Of a stretch of DNA of 64,000 bases, positions 27,110 to 37,575 are shown piece after piece. The position numbers and the translations under genes were made by a program. The stretch spans positions 68 through 64,067 of the forward strand of contig CAYQQU010000029.1 of the NCBI GenBank assembly GCA_964419545.1, given 5' to 3'. The number at the start of each line of letters is the position of its first letter. The first letter of the stretch is position 1. This DNA comes from an uncultured Saprospiraceae bacterium. GTDB lineage: Bacteria > Bacteroidota > Bacteroidia > Chitinophagales > Saprospiraceae. The notes under the pieces were generated by a model. It saw only the letters and a list, made by a program, of their open reading frames with translations, had not been told where the DNA came from and did not search any database.

Positions 27110-30100
27110 TTAACGTACCGTCAGTCGTTTCACTATGGTCCCCTGCGGCGTGCGCAAGCGCAACAAGTAGACGCCGCCCGGCAGATCGCCTATGGAAAAG
27201 GGAATGGTTTGCGGACCGCTGAGCAGCGGCCGTTCCCGCTGTTGCAGCCATTGCCCGTCGGGCCGGAAAAGTTCTATTTGTAATGTTCCGGCCTGCGGGC
27301 TGTTCAGGCTGATGTTAATCCATTCGCCGGCGGGGTTGGGAAATATTTTGACTTGCGGCTTTCCCGGGGTGACGGGTTCCGCGCCGGAGACCGTACCCGG
27401 CTCGACGATGGTCCCGCGGTGCGGCGCTGCGGCGCAGGCCTGATCGCCCTGGTCCGAGCTGACGCAGGCCTCGCTATTGTAGTTGACCAGGTCGAAAAAT
27501 TCCACGTCGTCGACGTACCAGCCGCCCAGGCCGGGGACGCCCTCCTCTTCCAGTTCGGTGCCGAAGCGGAAGCGCAGCAGCACCTCCTGCCCGGCGTACG
27601 GGCTCAGGTCGACGTAAGTATCGACCATGCCGCCGCTATCGCCCCAGAATCCTTCCAGGTCGGGAATCGAGAAGGTCCGGTAATTGAGCTGCCCGCGGTA
27701 AGGGTTCTTGAACATCAAGTCGCCCAGGTCTTCCCAGGCGAGCCCGCCGTCGGTGGATACCTGAACGATGCCGCCGTCGAGCACCGGGTCGGTGAGGTAG
27801 CGGTGAAAGAAGCGCAGTACGGGTTGGTTGCCGGAGGGGACGACGGGTTCCGCCAGTTGCAGCACCTGGTCGCTCTCATCGGGGGTAGCCGGCACAAACC
27901 AGGCGAAAGAGCCGCTATTGGCTTGCGTCGTGAATCCCAGCTCCCAGATGCTGAGGCTTTCCGAGAGCGGCAGGAAGACCCAGTTGGCGTCGCCCGTTTC
28001 CATATCGTCGTAGAATTGGCGCACCGATACGAGGGCTTCGGAGCTGGCCAGCGTATATTTCAGGTTTACCGAAGCTCCGCTGGCGATTTCTCCGATTTCA
28101 AAGATCAACAGACCGCCCTCGGTGGTCAGTTCGGCCTCGCCGCTGTAGGAACCGGCCACAAAGGCAGCGCCGGCCGGGATGGGGTCGGTGACGACCACGC
28201 CGCTCACCGCCGTTTCTTTATGATTGGTAACGACCAGCTCGACGTCGATCTCTTCACCTGCTTCGATATTTGCGGTAACCGTCTTGGCGATCTTAAGTTC
28301 TTTGATGCAGGTGGGCGGCGCGAAAAAGTCCTGTACGCCGTCGGTGCGGTCGAAGGGGCTGTTCTGCTGAGCATTTATCCCGAAGCCGCGCCGGGCGAAT
28401 ACTTCCCAGATCAGGCACTGGTGGAGGCCGTCGTAGAGCAGCTCGTCGGCGGCGAGGATGGCGTCGCGGCCGTCGATGAAGCCGGGGGTGCAGGCCTGCA
28501 GTTTCATGCCGTCCATCACCAGTTGGATGGCGATGTTATTGCCGCCCGCGCCGTAGTAGAGGTCTTCATCCCAGCCGTATTCCTCGACGAGCCGCCAGTA
28601 GAGGTCCCAAAGCAGGCTGGTCCATACCTCGCCCAGCGGATGGGGCGCCGAGGTGGCGATCACATCGTCGTAGACCTGGTTGTTTACCGCCGGGTCGGTA
28701 GCGTACGGGAAGCGCCGGATACCCGCGCCGTTGACGCCGGCCCGGGTAGCGAAGTTGCCGATGCCGCGGGGCATCTCCCCGGTATCGCCCGGCCGGGCGG
28801 TAGTGATGAGCGTAAAAAAATCGCTCCAGCCTTCGCCCATCTGTTCGTCATTGGTCAGGCAGCTGGCGGCGCTGGGCCCGCCGGTGAGGCGGTTGGAGAT
28901 GCCATGGCCGTATTCGTGGGCGATGATGCCGTTATCCAGGGTGCCGTCGGTAAACTCAGGGCCGCTGCTGCCCGGCGGCAATTGCAGGGTAGCGACCACG
29001 CCTTCGGCGATTCGCTGCCGGATGAGCTGGCAGTCGGTGCTTCTCAGCATCACGGAGGGTATTCCCGGATTGGGTACTTCGGCGACGCCGCCCATGCCGA
29101 CGACCGCGTTGTCGTAATTGCAGATGATGACGGCGATCGCGCCGGCGGCTTCCGCATTGGCGGTCTTTTGTTCAAAAAAGCAACTGCCGCGATCGATGAG
29201 GGCGATCTTGCCGGCTACGGCATCGGCATTGACGATGGGCTCGCAGGCCAGGGAAGGCGCCTGCGTCTCGTCGAATGCTTCCGCCACTTCACCGGTGACC
29301 GGCGTTTCGCTGACGGGCGGGCCGTAGCTGGCGGTGCCGGTGAGGTAGCTGCCGCTGATCGCTTCCGGCGCCACTACGGTGAGCAGTTCGCCGCCTACGC
29401 GGTTCCAGAGGTACATCTGCATGCGGCCGTTGCCGCCGTCGGGGGGCGTACTGAAATTGGCGTTGTTGATATTCTCTCCGGCGCCGTAGCCATCCTGGGC
29501 TTCGGCGATCACGTAATCGCCGCCGTTGCCGTCATTGCCGTAGGTGTTTTCCTGAAAGTTGCCGGCAGCTTCGTCGAACCCGTACGCATACGCAAAATCG
29601 TGCATGGCGTTGTTGAGGTAAAACAGCTGGGTGACCGATATTTCCTGATTTTCGCTCGGTTCGGCCGCGGGGTCATAAGGGAAATCGAAGAGGAGGGCGT
29701 CGCCGCCGTCAGGCTCATCATCACTGGAGAAGTTGACGTCGGCGAGGTCGAGATAGGCGTGTACGTTATTACCGCGGGTAATCCGGTATTCGAAACCTTC
29801 CGCGCCGTCCGTGTCGTGCCAGCCGAAGGGCGAAGCCAGGGGATCGGCGGGATTGACGACGAGCTCCCGCTCGCCGTGGATCGGGCTCTCCAGCGGCAGC
29901 GGCCATACGTTATATGTTGCACCGTCGGTCACTAAAGGAGGGCGGGGCGCCGGCATCGCGCCGGAGCGGCAGGCGTGCGCCGGAGAATGGGCATGGTGAT
30001 GACCGAATGAACAGTACAGGGTCCAGTTGTCTTTTTCCAGCATCGCGCCGGTAACTGCGTCGATGCGCAGGCTCCAGTAATCGGACGAACCGATGGGGTT

Positions 30101-30664
30101 CAGGGATAGCGACCAGGCCAGGCGTGCGCGGTCGGTATCCGGGAAATACTGATAGACCAGTTCGACGGGTACGTCATTCTGGGCGAAGCCGGCGCCGGAA
30201 AACAGGTAGCGCTGCTCTGCGGCAGTGTCGATGCGGCGGGGAGGCGCGGACAGCGCGATGCCCAGGTGGCCGGCGGCGGCGCGCAGGGCCGCTTCGGCCG
30301 AAAGCAGCGGCTCGATGGCATTGATCTTTTGTGCCAGCGAGTCGACGAAGCGGTTGGTCGCAAAGCCTACCTCGCCGTCCGGGCGCAGGTGCACCCCGGA
30401 GATGGCGTTGTGTACGGGAATACCCTGATGGCGTTGCTGCAGGTACAGGTGCGTTACGCCGTTGTGCCGGGAGCGGTACTGATCGTTGAGTTGCAGGTCG
30501 GCAATATCGCCGGAGGTAAGCCCCCAGGCGGTGCGTTGCTTTTCCAGGTGAAGCCGGGCGGCGTTCAGGAAGTCGGTCGATTGAGCTTTCAGGATGACGG
30601 GCCCCTGACAAAGGAGGCACAGGCCGACGATCACCTGAAGAGCGTAGATGTTGCGAGCATTCAT
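27110..30664 (-). CDS. M36 (fungalysin-type) metalloprotease with FTP propeptide, PA domain, C-terminal beta domains and a T9SS sorting domain
   Basis: 1184 aa with a signal peptide. It has the zinc motif AHEYGHGISNRLTGG with downstream GEGWSDF, and the PA-domain block GKIALIDRGSCFFEQK...AGA.AVII.N. The T9SS CTD is VKIFPNPAGEWINI...VYLLRL. Confidence 0.88.
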   Translation of the reverse strand: MNARNIYALQVIVGLCLLCQGPVILKAQSTDFLNAARLHLEKQRTAWGLTSGDIADLQLNDQYRSRHNGVTHLYLQQRHQGIPVHNAISGVHLRPDGEVGFATNRFVDSLAQKINAIEPLLSAEAALRAAAGHLGIALSAPPRRIDTAAEQRYLFSGAGFAQNDVPVELVYQYFPDTDRARLAWSLSLNPIGSSDYWSLRIDAVTGAMLEKDNWTLYCSFGHHHAHSPAHACRSGAMPAPRPPLVTDGATYNVWPLPLESPIHGERELVVNPADPLASPFGWHDTDGAEGFEYRITRGNNVHAYLDLADVNFSSDDEPDGGDALLFDFPYDPAAEPSENQEISVTQLFYLNNAMHDFAYAYGFDEAAGNFQENTYGNDGNGGDYVIAEAQDGYGAGENINNANFSTPPDGGNGRMQMYLWNRVGGELLTVVAPEAISGSYLTGTASYGPPVSETPVTGEVAEAFDETQAPSLACEPIVNADAVAGKIALIDRGSCFFEQKTANAEAAGAIAVIICNYDNAVVGMGGVAEVPNPGIPSVMLRSTDCQLIRQRIAEGVVATLQLPPGSSGPEFTDGTLDNGIIAHEYGHGISNRLTGGPSAASCLTNDEQMGEGWSDFFTLITTARPGDTGEMPRGIGNFATRAGVNGAGIRRFPYATDPAVNNQVYDDVIATSAPHPLGEVWTSLLWDLYWRLVEEYGWDEDLYYGAGGNNIAIQLVMDGMKLQACTPGFIDGRDAILAADELLYDGLHQCLIWEVFARRGFGINAQQNSPFDRTDGVQDFFAPPTCIKELKIAKTVTANIEAGEEIDVELVVTNHKETAVSGVVVTDPIPAGAAFVAGSYSGEAELTTEGGLLIFEIGEIASGASVNLKYTLASSEALVSVRQFYDDMETGDANWVFLPLSESLSIWELGFTTQANSGSFAWFVPATPDESDQVLQLAEPVVPSGNQPVLRFFHRYLTDPVLDGGIVQVSTDGGLAWEDLGDLMFKNPYRGQLNYRTFSIPDLEGFWGDSGGMVDTYVDLSPYAGQEVLLRFRFGTELEEEGVPGLGGWYVDDVEFFDLVNYNSEACVSSDQGDQACAAAPHRGTIVEPGTVSGAEPVTPGKPQVKIFPNPAGEWINISLNSPQAGTLQIELFRPDGQWLQQRERPLLSGPQTIPFSIGDLPGGVYLLRLRTPQGTIVKRLTVR

Positions 30665-30765
30665 GGACTACGAAATATAGGGGTAATGAAATACGGTCTT
30701 GGGAATTCGCTTTGCCGGTGCGCGCCCAGGCGCATCGGCTTCCGGTGCTTGGGTATGGGTATTAG

Positions 30766-30919
30766 CCCGGATTATTCATGGATTAATCTATTGCCGGCCG
30801 CCATTCTGCCCCGCTCACTCACCGTGTTTGGGGGATACCTGCCTGCAGCAGGCGTGTCGCCTTCCTGTGCGAACGCAAGCCTGTCAACCGTCATGACGAA
30901 GAACCTATGAATAATCCGG
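30766..30919. mobile_element. MITE/REP-like non-autonomous element, full-length (~154 bp) copy
   Basis: Terminal inverted repeats are cccggattattcatgg and ctatgaataatccgg. The copy is about 90 percent identical by eye to 42374-42522. It has no coding capacity. Confidence 0.8.
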
Positions 30920-31048
30920 TTTAGAGCGGCGTAAATATCTATCTAAAAAGCAAATTTACCATTTATTTTCCGGCGGCAAATCGTCGGTTGCTTGGCGGAG
31001 CGCGTGTTTTTGTCGATATTCCTGCATTCGGAAATCCGCAAATGAAAT

Positions 31049-31798
31049 ATGCAAGATAAAAATATCGTGTACGGGCGTCATCCCGTCCTGGATGCCATCG
31101 AATCGGGGGCGACGATGGAAAAGCTGGTATTACAACAGGGGATTCGCGGGGATTTCGAGAAAGAAATCCGCCGGCTGAGCAAAGCGCACAACATTCCGGT
31201 ACAGGTGGCGCCCAAGGAAAAGCTCAATCGCCTGGTAAAAGGGAACCATCAGGGCATCGTCGGTTTTCTCTCGCTGATCCGGTACTACGAGCTGGCGGAC
31301 GTGGTGCCGACGATCTACGAACGCTCCGAAACGCCGCTGATCGTGCTTCTGGACGGCGTGACCGACGTGCGCAACCTGGGCGCTATCGCGCGGTCGGCGG
31401 AGTGCAGCGGCGCCCATGCGCTGGTGGTGGCGCGCCGGGGAAGCGCTCAGATCAACGCCGAGGCTATGAAGACATCGGCGGGCGCCTTAGCCAATATTCC
31501 CGTTTGCCGCGAGGGCAGCCTGGTCAAGGCGGTGGGATGGCTGCAAATGTCGGGGCTTGCTGTGGTCGCGGGCGACCTCGGCGCAGAAAAACCGATTTAC
31601 GAAGTGGATCTGAAGCGGCCGGTCTGTTTGGTGATGGGGGCGGAGGGCGCCGGCATCAGCCCCGCCATGCGCAAATGTGCGGACGAGTTGTTCGTCATCC
31701 CGCAGGCCGGAGCGAGCAATTCGTTTAACGTTTCAGTTGCAGCGGGGATCATGCTTTATGAAGTGATGCGACAGCGAGGAATATGGAAGCAAGCCTGA
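31049..31798 (+). CDS. rlmB: 23S rRNA (guanosine-2'-O-)-methyltransferase, RlmB/TrmH group 3
   Basis: 249 aa with a SpoU substrate-binding N-terminus (GRH.V..A) and the SPOUT motifs LD.V.D..NLGAI.RSA, ...LVMG.EG.G and IP......SLNVSVA-like. Confidence 0.88.
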   Translation: MQDKNIVYGRHPVLDAIESGATMEKLVLQQGIRGDFEKEIRRLSKAHNIPVQVAPKEKLNRLVKGNHQGIVGFLSLIRYYELADVVPTIYERSETPLIVLLDGVTDVRNLGAIARSAECSGAHALVVARRGSAQINAEAMKTSAGALANIPVCREGSLVKAVGWLQMSGLAVVAGDLGAEKPIYEVDLKRPVCLVMGAEGAGISPAMRKCADELFVIPQAGASNSFNVSVAAGIMLYEVMRQRGIWKQA

Positions 31799-31805
31799 AA
31801 GTTTA

Positions 31806-31890
31806 CCCGGATGATTCACGGATTCATCTGTTGCCGGTCGCTATTCTGCCCCGCTAACCCGGATGATTCATGGATTCATCTATTGCGAAG
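31806..31890. repeat. Two tandem left-arm fragments of the MITE/REP-like element
   Basis: cccggatgattcacggattcatctgttgccggtcgctattctgccccgct, then cccggatgattcatggattcatctattgcg. No right arm is present. Confidence 0.75.
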
Positions 31891-31940
31891 CCAAACTGGC
31901 CGGGACAAATAATGAGCCTTGGATTTCCCTCTGGAAACGG

Positions 31941-32270
31941 TCGGCTCACCAGACATTCAAAGACCAAACCCGCACATTCTCGGAATTCAACAAAGGCAGC
32001 TGGGTCGTACTCTGTCGGCTCACAAAGCGCTCAAAGACCAAGCCCGCACATTCTCGGACTTCAACAAAGGCAGCTGGGTCGTACTTTGTCGGCCCACAAA
32101 GCGCTCAAAGACCAAGCCCACACATTCTCGGACTTCAACAAAGGCAGCTGGGTCGTACTCTGTCGGCCTACAAAGCGCTCAAAGACCAAGCCCGCACATT
32201 CTCGGAATTCAACAAAGGCAACTGGGTCGTACTTTGTCGGCCCACAGAGCGCTCAAAGACCAAGCCCGCA
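31941..32270. repeat. 74-bp tandem repeat, about 4.4 copies
   Basis: Units start at 31941, 32015, 32089, 32163 and 32237 (the last truncated) and differ by only a few substitutions. The unit length is not a multiple of 3. The unit has no stop trinucleotide in any forward frame, which explains the three overlapping track ORFs. Confidence 0.9.
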
Positions 32271-32318
32271 ATGGGTTCCTAACGAACCCGCTCCAAACAT
32301 GGGGCAGACCCCAAAGGG

Positions 32319-32349
32319 GAAAAAACCCCCGGCGCGGCGAAGCGCCGGG
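32319..32349 (-). terminator. Rho-independent terminator of the S24 peptidase gene
   Basis: On the minus strand, cccggcgc-ttcgcc-gcgccggg is followed by gg and a T6 run. It lies 37 nt downstream of the stop codon. Confidence 0.7.
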
Positions 32350-32385
32350 AGGCATAATCAAAAAACAGCAGGATATGTTGTCTTT

Positions 32386-33129
32386 TCAGGATAAATCGCT
32401 GATGCGGCGGACGACTTCGTAGAGGCGGGTGTACTCGTTGACGTCCTCTTCGAAGGGGTCGTGTTCGAGGTGGTTGGCGGAGATCATTTTCAGGCCGACC
32501 ACCCGGCCGCGGCTGTCGAAGATCCGTTGTACGAATTTCACCCAGAGGGAGCCGTTGCTTTTGACGGCGTAGATCTTGTTGTCGCGAATTTCGTGGGGGC
32601 CGCCGATTTCCCGGCAGATCACGATGTCTCCGTTCTGGATGACCGGTTCCATACTATTGCCGTTGATGGGGAAGGCGACGAGCCCGCTGCCGGCGAGGCC
32701 GGGCAGGGAGAAATATTCCAGTTCTTCGGTAGCGAAGCTTTGATCGACGGTGGCGCCGGCGAAAGCTTCGGTGGTGGTGAACAGGATATTTCCCCGGTAG
32801 ACCGGTTCCGCTTCCGTTTCTTCGGCTGCTTCCTGGCGGGGCAGGTCCATGCCGAAAGGCGTGCCGATGCCGTCGAGCATGTAGGATTCGTTGACGCCGT
32901 ATTCCTGGCAAAGGATCCTGGCGTGGCGGTAATCCAGGCAACGGTTATCATCCGGGTTGAGAAAAGCACGGATGATATGGCCGTAAGCCCGGTTGCCCAG
33001 GATCTTTTCGGCAAAGTCGCCCATGCCCTTGCCGTTGCGGTCGTTCTTGACGATTTCACCCCGTTCCTCCAATAGCCGGAATACCTTGATGAAGCGCTCA
33101 TTCAGCTGCCGACGGTCTTCTCGAATCAT
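32386..33129 (-). CDS. S24-family (LexA / phage cI-like) peptidase-repressor
   Basis: 247 aa. The C-terminal S24 domain has the catalytic-Ser motif GNSMEP and a downstream Lys (LWVKF). The N-terminal ~90 aa is a helical putative DNA-binding domain. Confidence 0.8.
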   Translation of the reverse strand: MIREDRRQLNERFIKVFRLLEERGEIVKNDRNGKGMGDFAEKILGNRAYGHIIRAFLNPDDNRCLDYRHARILCQEYGVNESYMLDGIGTPFGMDLPRQEAAEETEAEPVYRGNILFTTTEAFAGATVDQSFATEELEYFSLPGLAGSGLVAFPINGNSMEPVIQNGDIVICREIGGPHEIRDNKIYAVKSNGSLWVKFVQRIFDSRGRVVGLKMISANHLEHDPFEEDVNEYTRLYEVVRRISDLS

Positions 33130-33261
33130 TTTGTTGGGTATTTTTGGCTTTCAAACAATACGAAATAATTTGGTTGGCAAGTTAAAACAAAAGTTGATGA
33201 AAAACAAATTATTTCTACAAAAATTGTCTTTGTTTGGGAAAAGAAACGGATCGGATGCGAA

Positions 33262-33507
33262 TCATTGTAAATCGGCGTTGATTAATTTGAAGACCATGAT
33301 GGTGGTCGGTTCCTGCGCAAAGGTTTGTTTGACCTCGCGGTTCAGCGCCGCCATCAGTACGTCGTAATCCCCGAATACCTGGGTGCTCATGTTGTTGGTG
33401 CGCACCGTGAGGCTTTCGTGCTGATTGAGGCGGTCGATGAATTCGAGGATCGATTTCTTGTAGTCGGAGCGAAGAGGATACATGCTGATTTCTACGGATG
33501 CTTGCAT
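33262..33507 (-). CDS. MTH1187/YkoF-like (DUF77) small protein
   Basis: 81 aa. The N-terminus ASVEISMYPL with a ferredoxin-like pattern resembles the MTH1187 family. This assignment is tentative. Confidence 0.5.
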   Translation of the reverse strand: MQASVEISMYPLRSDYKKSILEFIDRLNQHESLTVRTNNMSTQVFGDYDVLMAALNREVKQTFAQEPTTIMVFKLINADLQ

Positions 33508-33730
33508 AACATTAAATTTGGTTTGGAATGAAGATAAGAAAACCGGCGGGCAGGAGAAAACCGGAAAGTTCTCAATTAAGAACGGAAATGGCTATTTTTG
33601 CAGACTGACAGGTTCCGGAGTACTACCGACCGGGGTTCGGAACGTACAGATAGCCGGCTGTTGAAAAAATCGGATATTTACCGAACGAGAGGCGGCCGTC
33701 GTCATCTCTCATCACCGAAGGAGCAACCAA

Positions 33731-36184
<2,454 letters not shown>

Positions 36185-36234
36185 GAAAGGAGGTGTACCG
36201 CTTCCGTTCTACAACAGTCCCGAATCAGCGAATT

Positions 36235-36313
36235 TCGGTTTGAAACATTATTGTGCTCTCGTCCCGGCAGGAGGAGCTATGGGTAGAATATTTTGCATGC
36301 AGTGATTGCCGCC
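36235..36313 (+). repeat. Conserved ~78-nt intergenic element, copy A of 2 (a second repeat family)
   Basis: tcggtttgaaacatt...ctcgtcccggc.gga.gagctat.g..g....ttttg.a.gcagtgattgccgc is shared with 60619-60695, about 80 percent identical by eye and in the same orientation. Confidence 0.7.
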
Positions 36314-36318
36314 CCGGG

Positions 36319-37485
36319 CTACTCTTCCACCTCGATAAACTCGTAAGGTTCCAGGGTGATGTCTTCCGTCAGGGCTTTGCGGTAGGCGATGTGTACGCGG
36401 TCTACCGTAACGTTGAGTTTCTGGTAGATGCGTACGGCCTCCTTGTTGTGGGCCCGCACGGTGGTGAGGTACATGTCCGGATAGCGGCTGACGTTGCGCG
36501 GGGTGAAGAGAAAATCGGTGATGAAAGCGAAGATGCCTTTACTCGAATAGTCGGGATGGATGCCGAAGCCGATCCCTTTGGCGTTGAAGGTGCGGCGCAG
36601 GCGGCGGCGTAACAGAAAGCCGGGCAGGGTCATCCAGTTGAGTTTTCCTTTGGCCGGCTTGAGCAGGGGGTTGATATCCGGGAAGAAGGCGCAGAAGCCG
36701 GCGGGATTTCCTTCGAAGTAGGCGATGCACAGGATATTGGTGTCCATGATAGGCGCGGCTTCTTGCATCAATTTGATGACCTGCGGGGGCGCCAGCGGTT
36801 TGAAGTGCGTAAAGTGGCGGAAAGAGGCGTTGTAGATCTCGCAAAAGTCGTTGGCGTAGCGTTCGAGATGCTGCGGGTTGTACTGTTCGAGGTGAACGTT
36901 GTAATTGCGGCGGATGCGTTCCACTACTTTTTTCATGCGTTCGACCGGAATATCCGGGGTGTGGCCTTTGAGGGTGAGGATCTGTTCGTACGGGATATAG
37001 CCCCGCTCGGTGAAATAGGCCTGATAACGGGCCGGCTGATAATTTTCCTGAAAGAGTGGCGGGACGAAACCTTTGACCAACAGCCCCCAGTACTTGTCGC
37101 GTTCCCCGAAATTTATAGGGCCGTCGATTGCCTGGACGCCCTGTTCGGCGAGGTAGGTTTCGGCTGTTTCGAAGAGCAGGTTCACCACTTTCGGGTCGTC
37201 GACGGCGTCGAAGAAACCGATGCCGCCGACGGGGTAGGGCTGGGTTTCGTTGCGCCGGTGGTCGATGAAGGCGGCGATGCGGCCGACGGCTTGCCGGCGG
37301 TCGTTTTGTACGACGAACAGTCGGGCTTCGCCGTTGTCGAGGGTTTTATTGATCCGGGGGTCGAAGATGGACTCAATATCCCCTTCCAGCGGGGCGATCC
37401 AGTTGGGGTCATCCTGGTAGACGCGATGAGGGGCCTGGTGAAACAGCCGCCACGTTTCGCGCGAATTTACCTGAATTACATTCAT
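36319..37485 (-). CDS. GNAT-like N-acetyltransferase family protein (two-domain, ~390-aa type)
   Basis: 388 aa. The N-terminal pattern F...P..VY.DDPNW..PL..D....F....N........A.LF......GR.AAF.D and ...GG.GFF. matches a widespread, poorly characterised GNAT-annotated family. Confidence 0.6.
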   Translation of the reverse strand: MNVIQVNSRETWRLFHQAPHRVYQDDPNWIAPLEGDIESIFDPRINKTLDNGEARLFVVQNDRRQAVGRIAAFIDHRRNETQPYPVGGIGFFDAVDDPKVVNLLFETAETYLAEQGVQAIDGPINFGERDKYWGLLVKGFVPPLFQENYQPARYQAYFTERGYIPYEQILTLKGHTPDIPVERMKKVVERIRRNYNVHLEQYNPQHLERYANDFCEIYNASFRHFTHFKPLAPPQVIKLMQEAAPIMDTNILCIAYFEGNPAGFCAFFPDINPLLKPAKGKLNWMTLPGFLLRRRLRRTFNAKGIGFGIHPDYSSKGIFAFITDFLFTPRNVSRYPDMYLTTVRAHNKEAVRIYQKLNVTVDRVHIAYRKALTEDITLEPYEFIEVEE

Positions 37486-37575
37486 GTTGCTGGTCTATTT
37501 AGATCGTCAGCCCGTATCGGGGCGCGAAATTAGCCAGAAATTTTGAAAACCGGCGCGATCTGTTGCATTTTGTTT

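Noticed and set aside
27353-29935. An 860-aa plus-strand ORF antisense to the M36 metalloprotease.
   Set aside because: Same reasoning. The minus-strand product has the HEYGHG zinc site, a PA domain, a signal peptide and a T9SS CTD. The plus-strand product has none and looks compositionally artefactual.
31941-32270. Possible CRISPR array.
   Set aside because: The entire 74-bp period is conserved between units. There are no unique spacers, no cas genes nearby and no leader-like structure. It is a plain tandem repeat.
31863-32422. Three overlapping plus-strand ORFs (139, 174 and 167 aa) across the 74-bp tandem repeat.
   Set aside because: They exist only because the 74-bp unit lacks stop trinucleotides. 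The unit length is not a multiple of 3, so each ORF reads successive units in different frames. The products are low-complexity, basic and Ser/Pro/Lys/Arg-rich.
33508-33730. A TPP riboswitch upstream of the YkoF/MTH1187-like gene, or another leader element upstream of ftsK.
   Set aside because: I looked on the minus strand for the conserved TPP elements (CUGAGA, ACCUGAUCUGGAUAAUGCCAGCG-like) and found none. Only a generic hairpin and a TAnnTTTG-like motif (33593-33600) are present.
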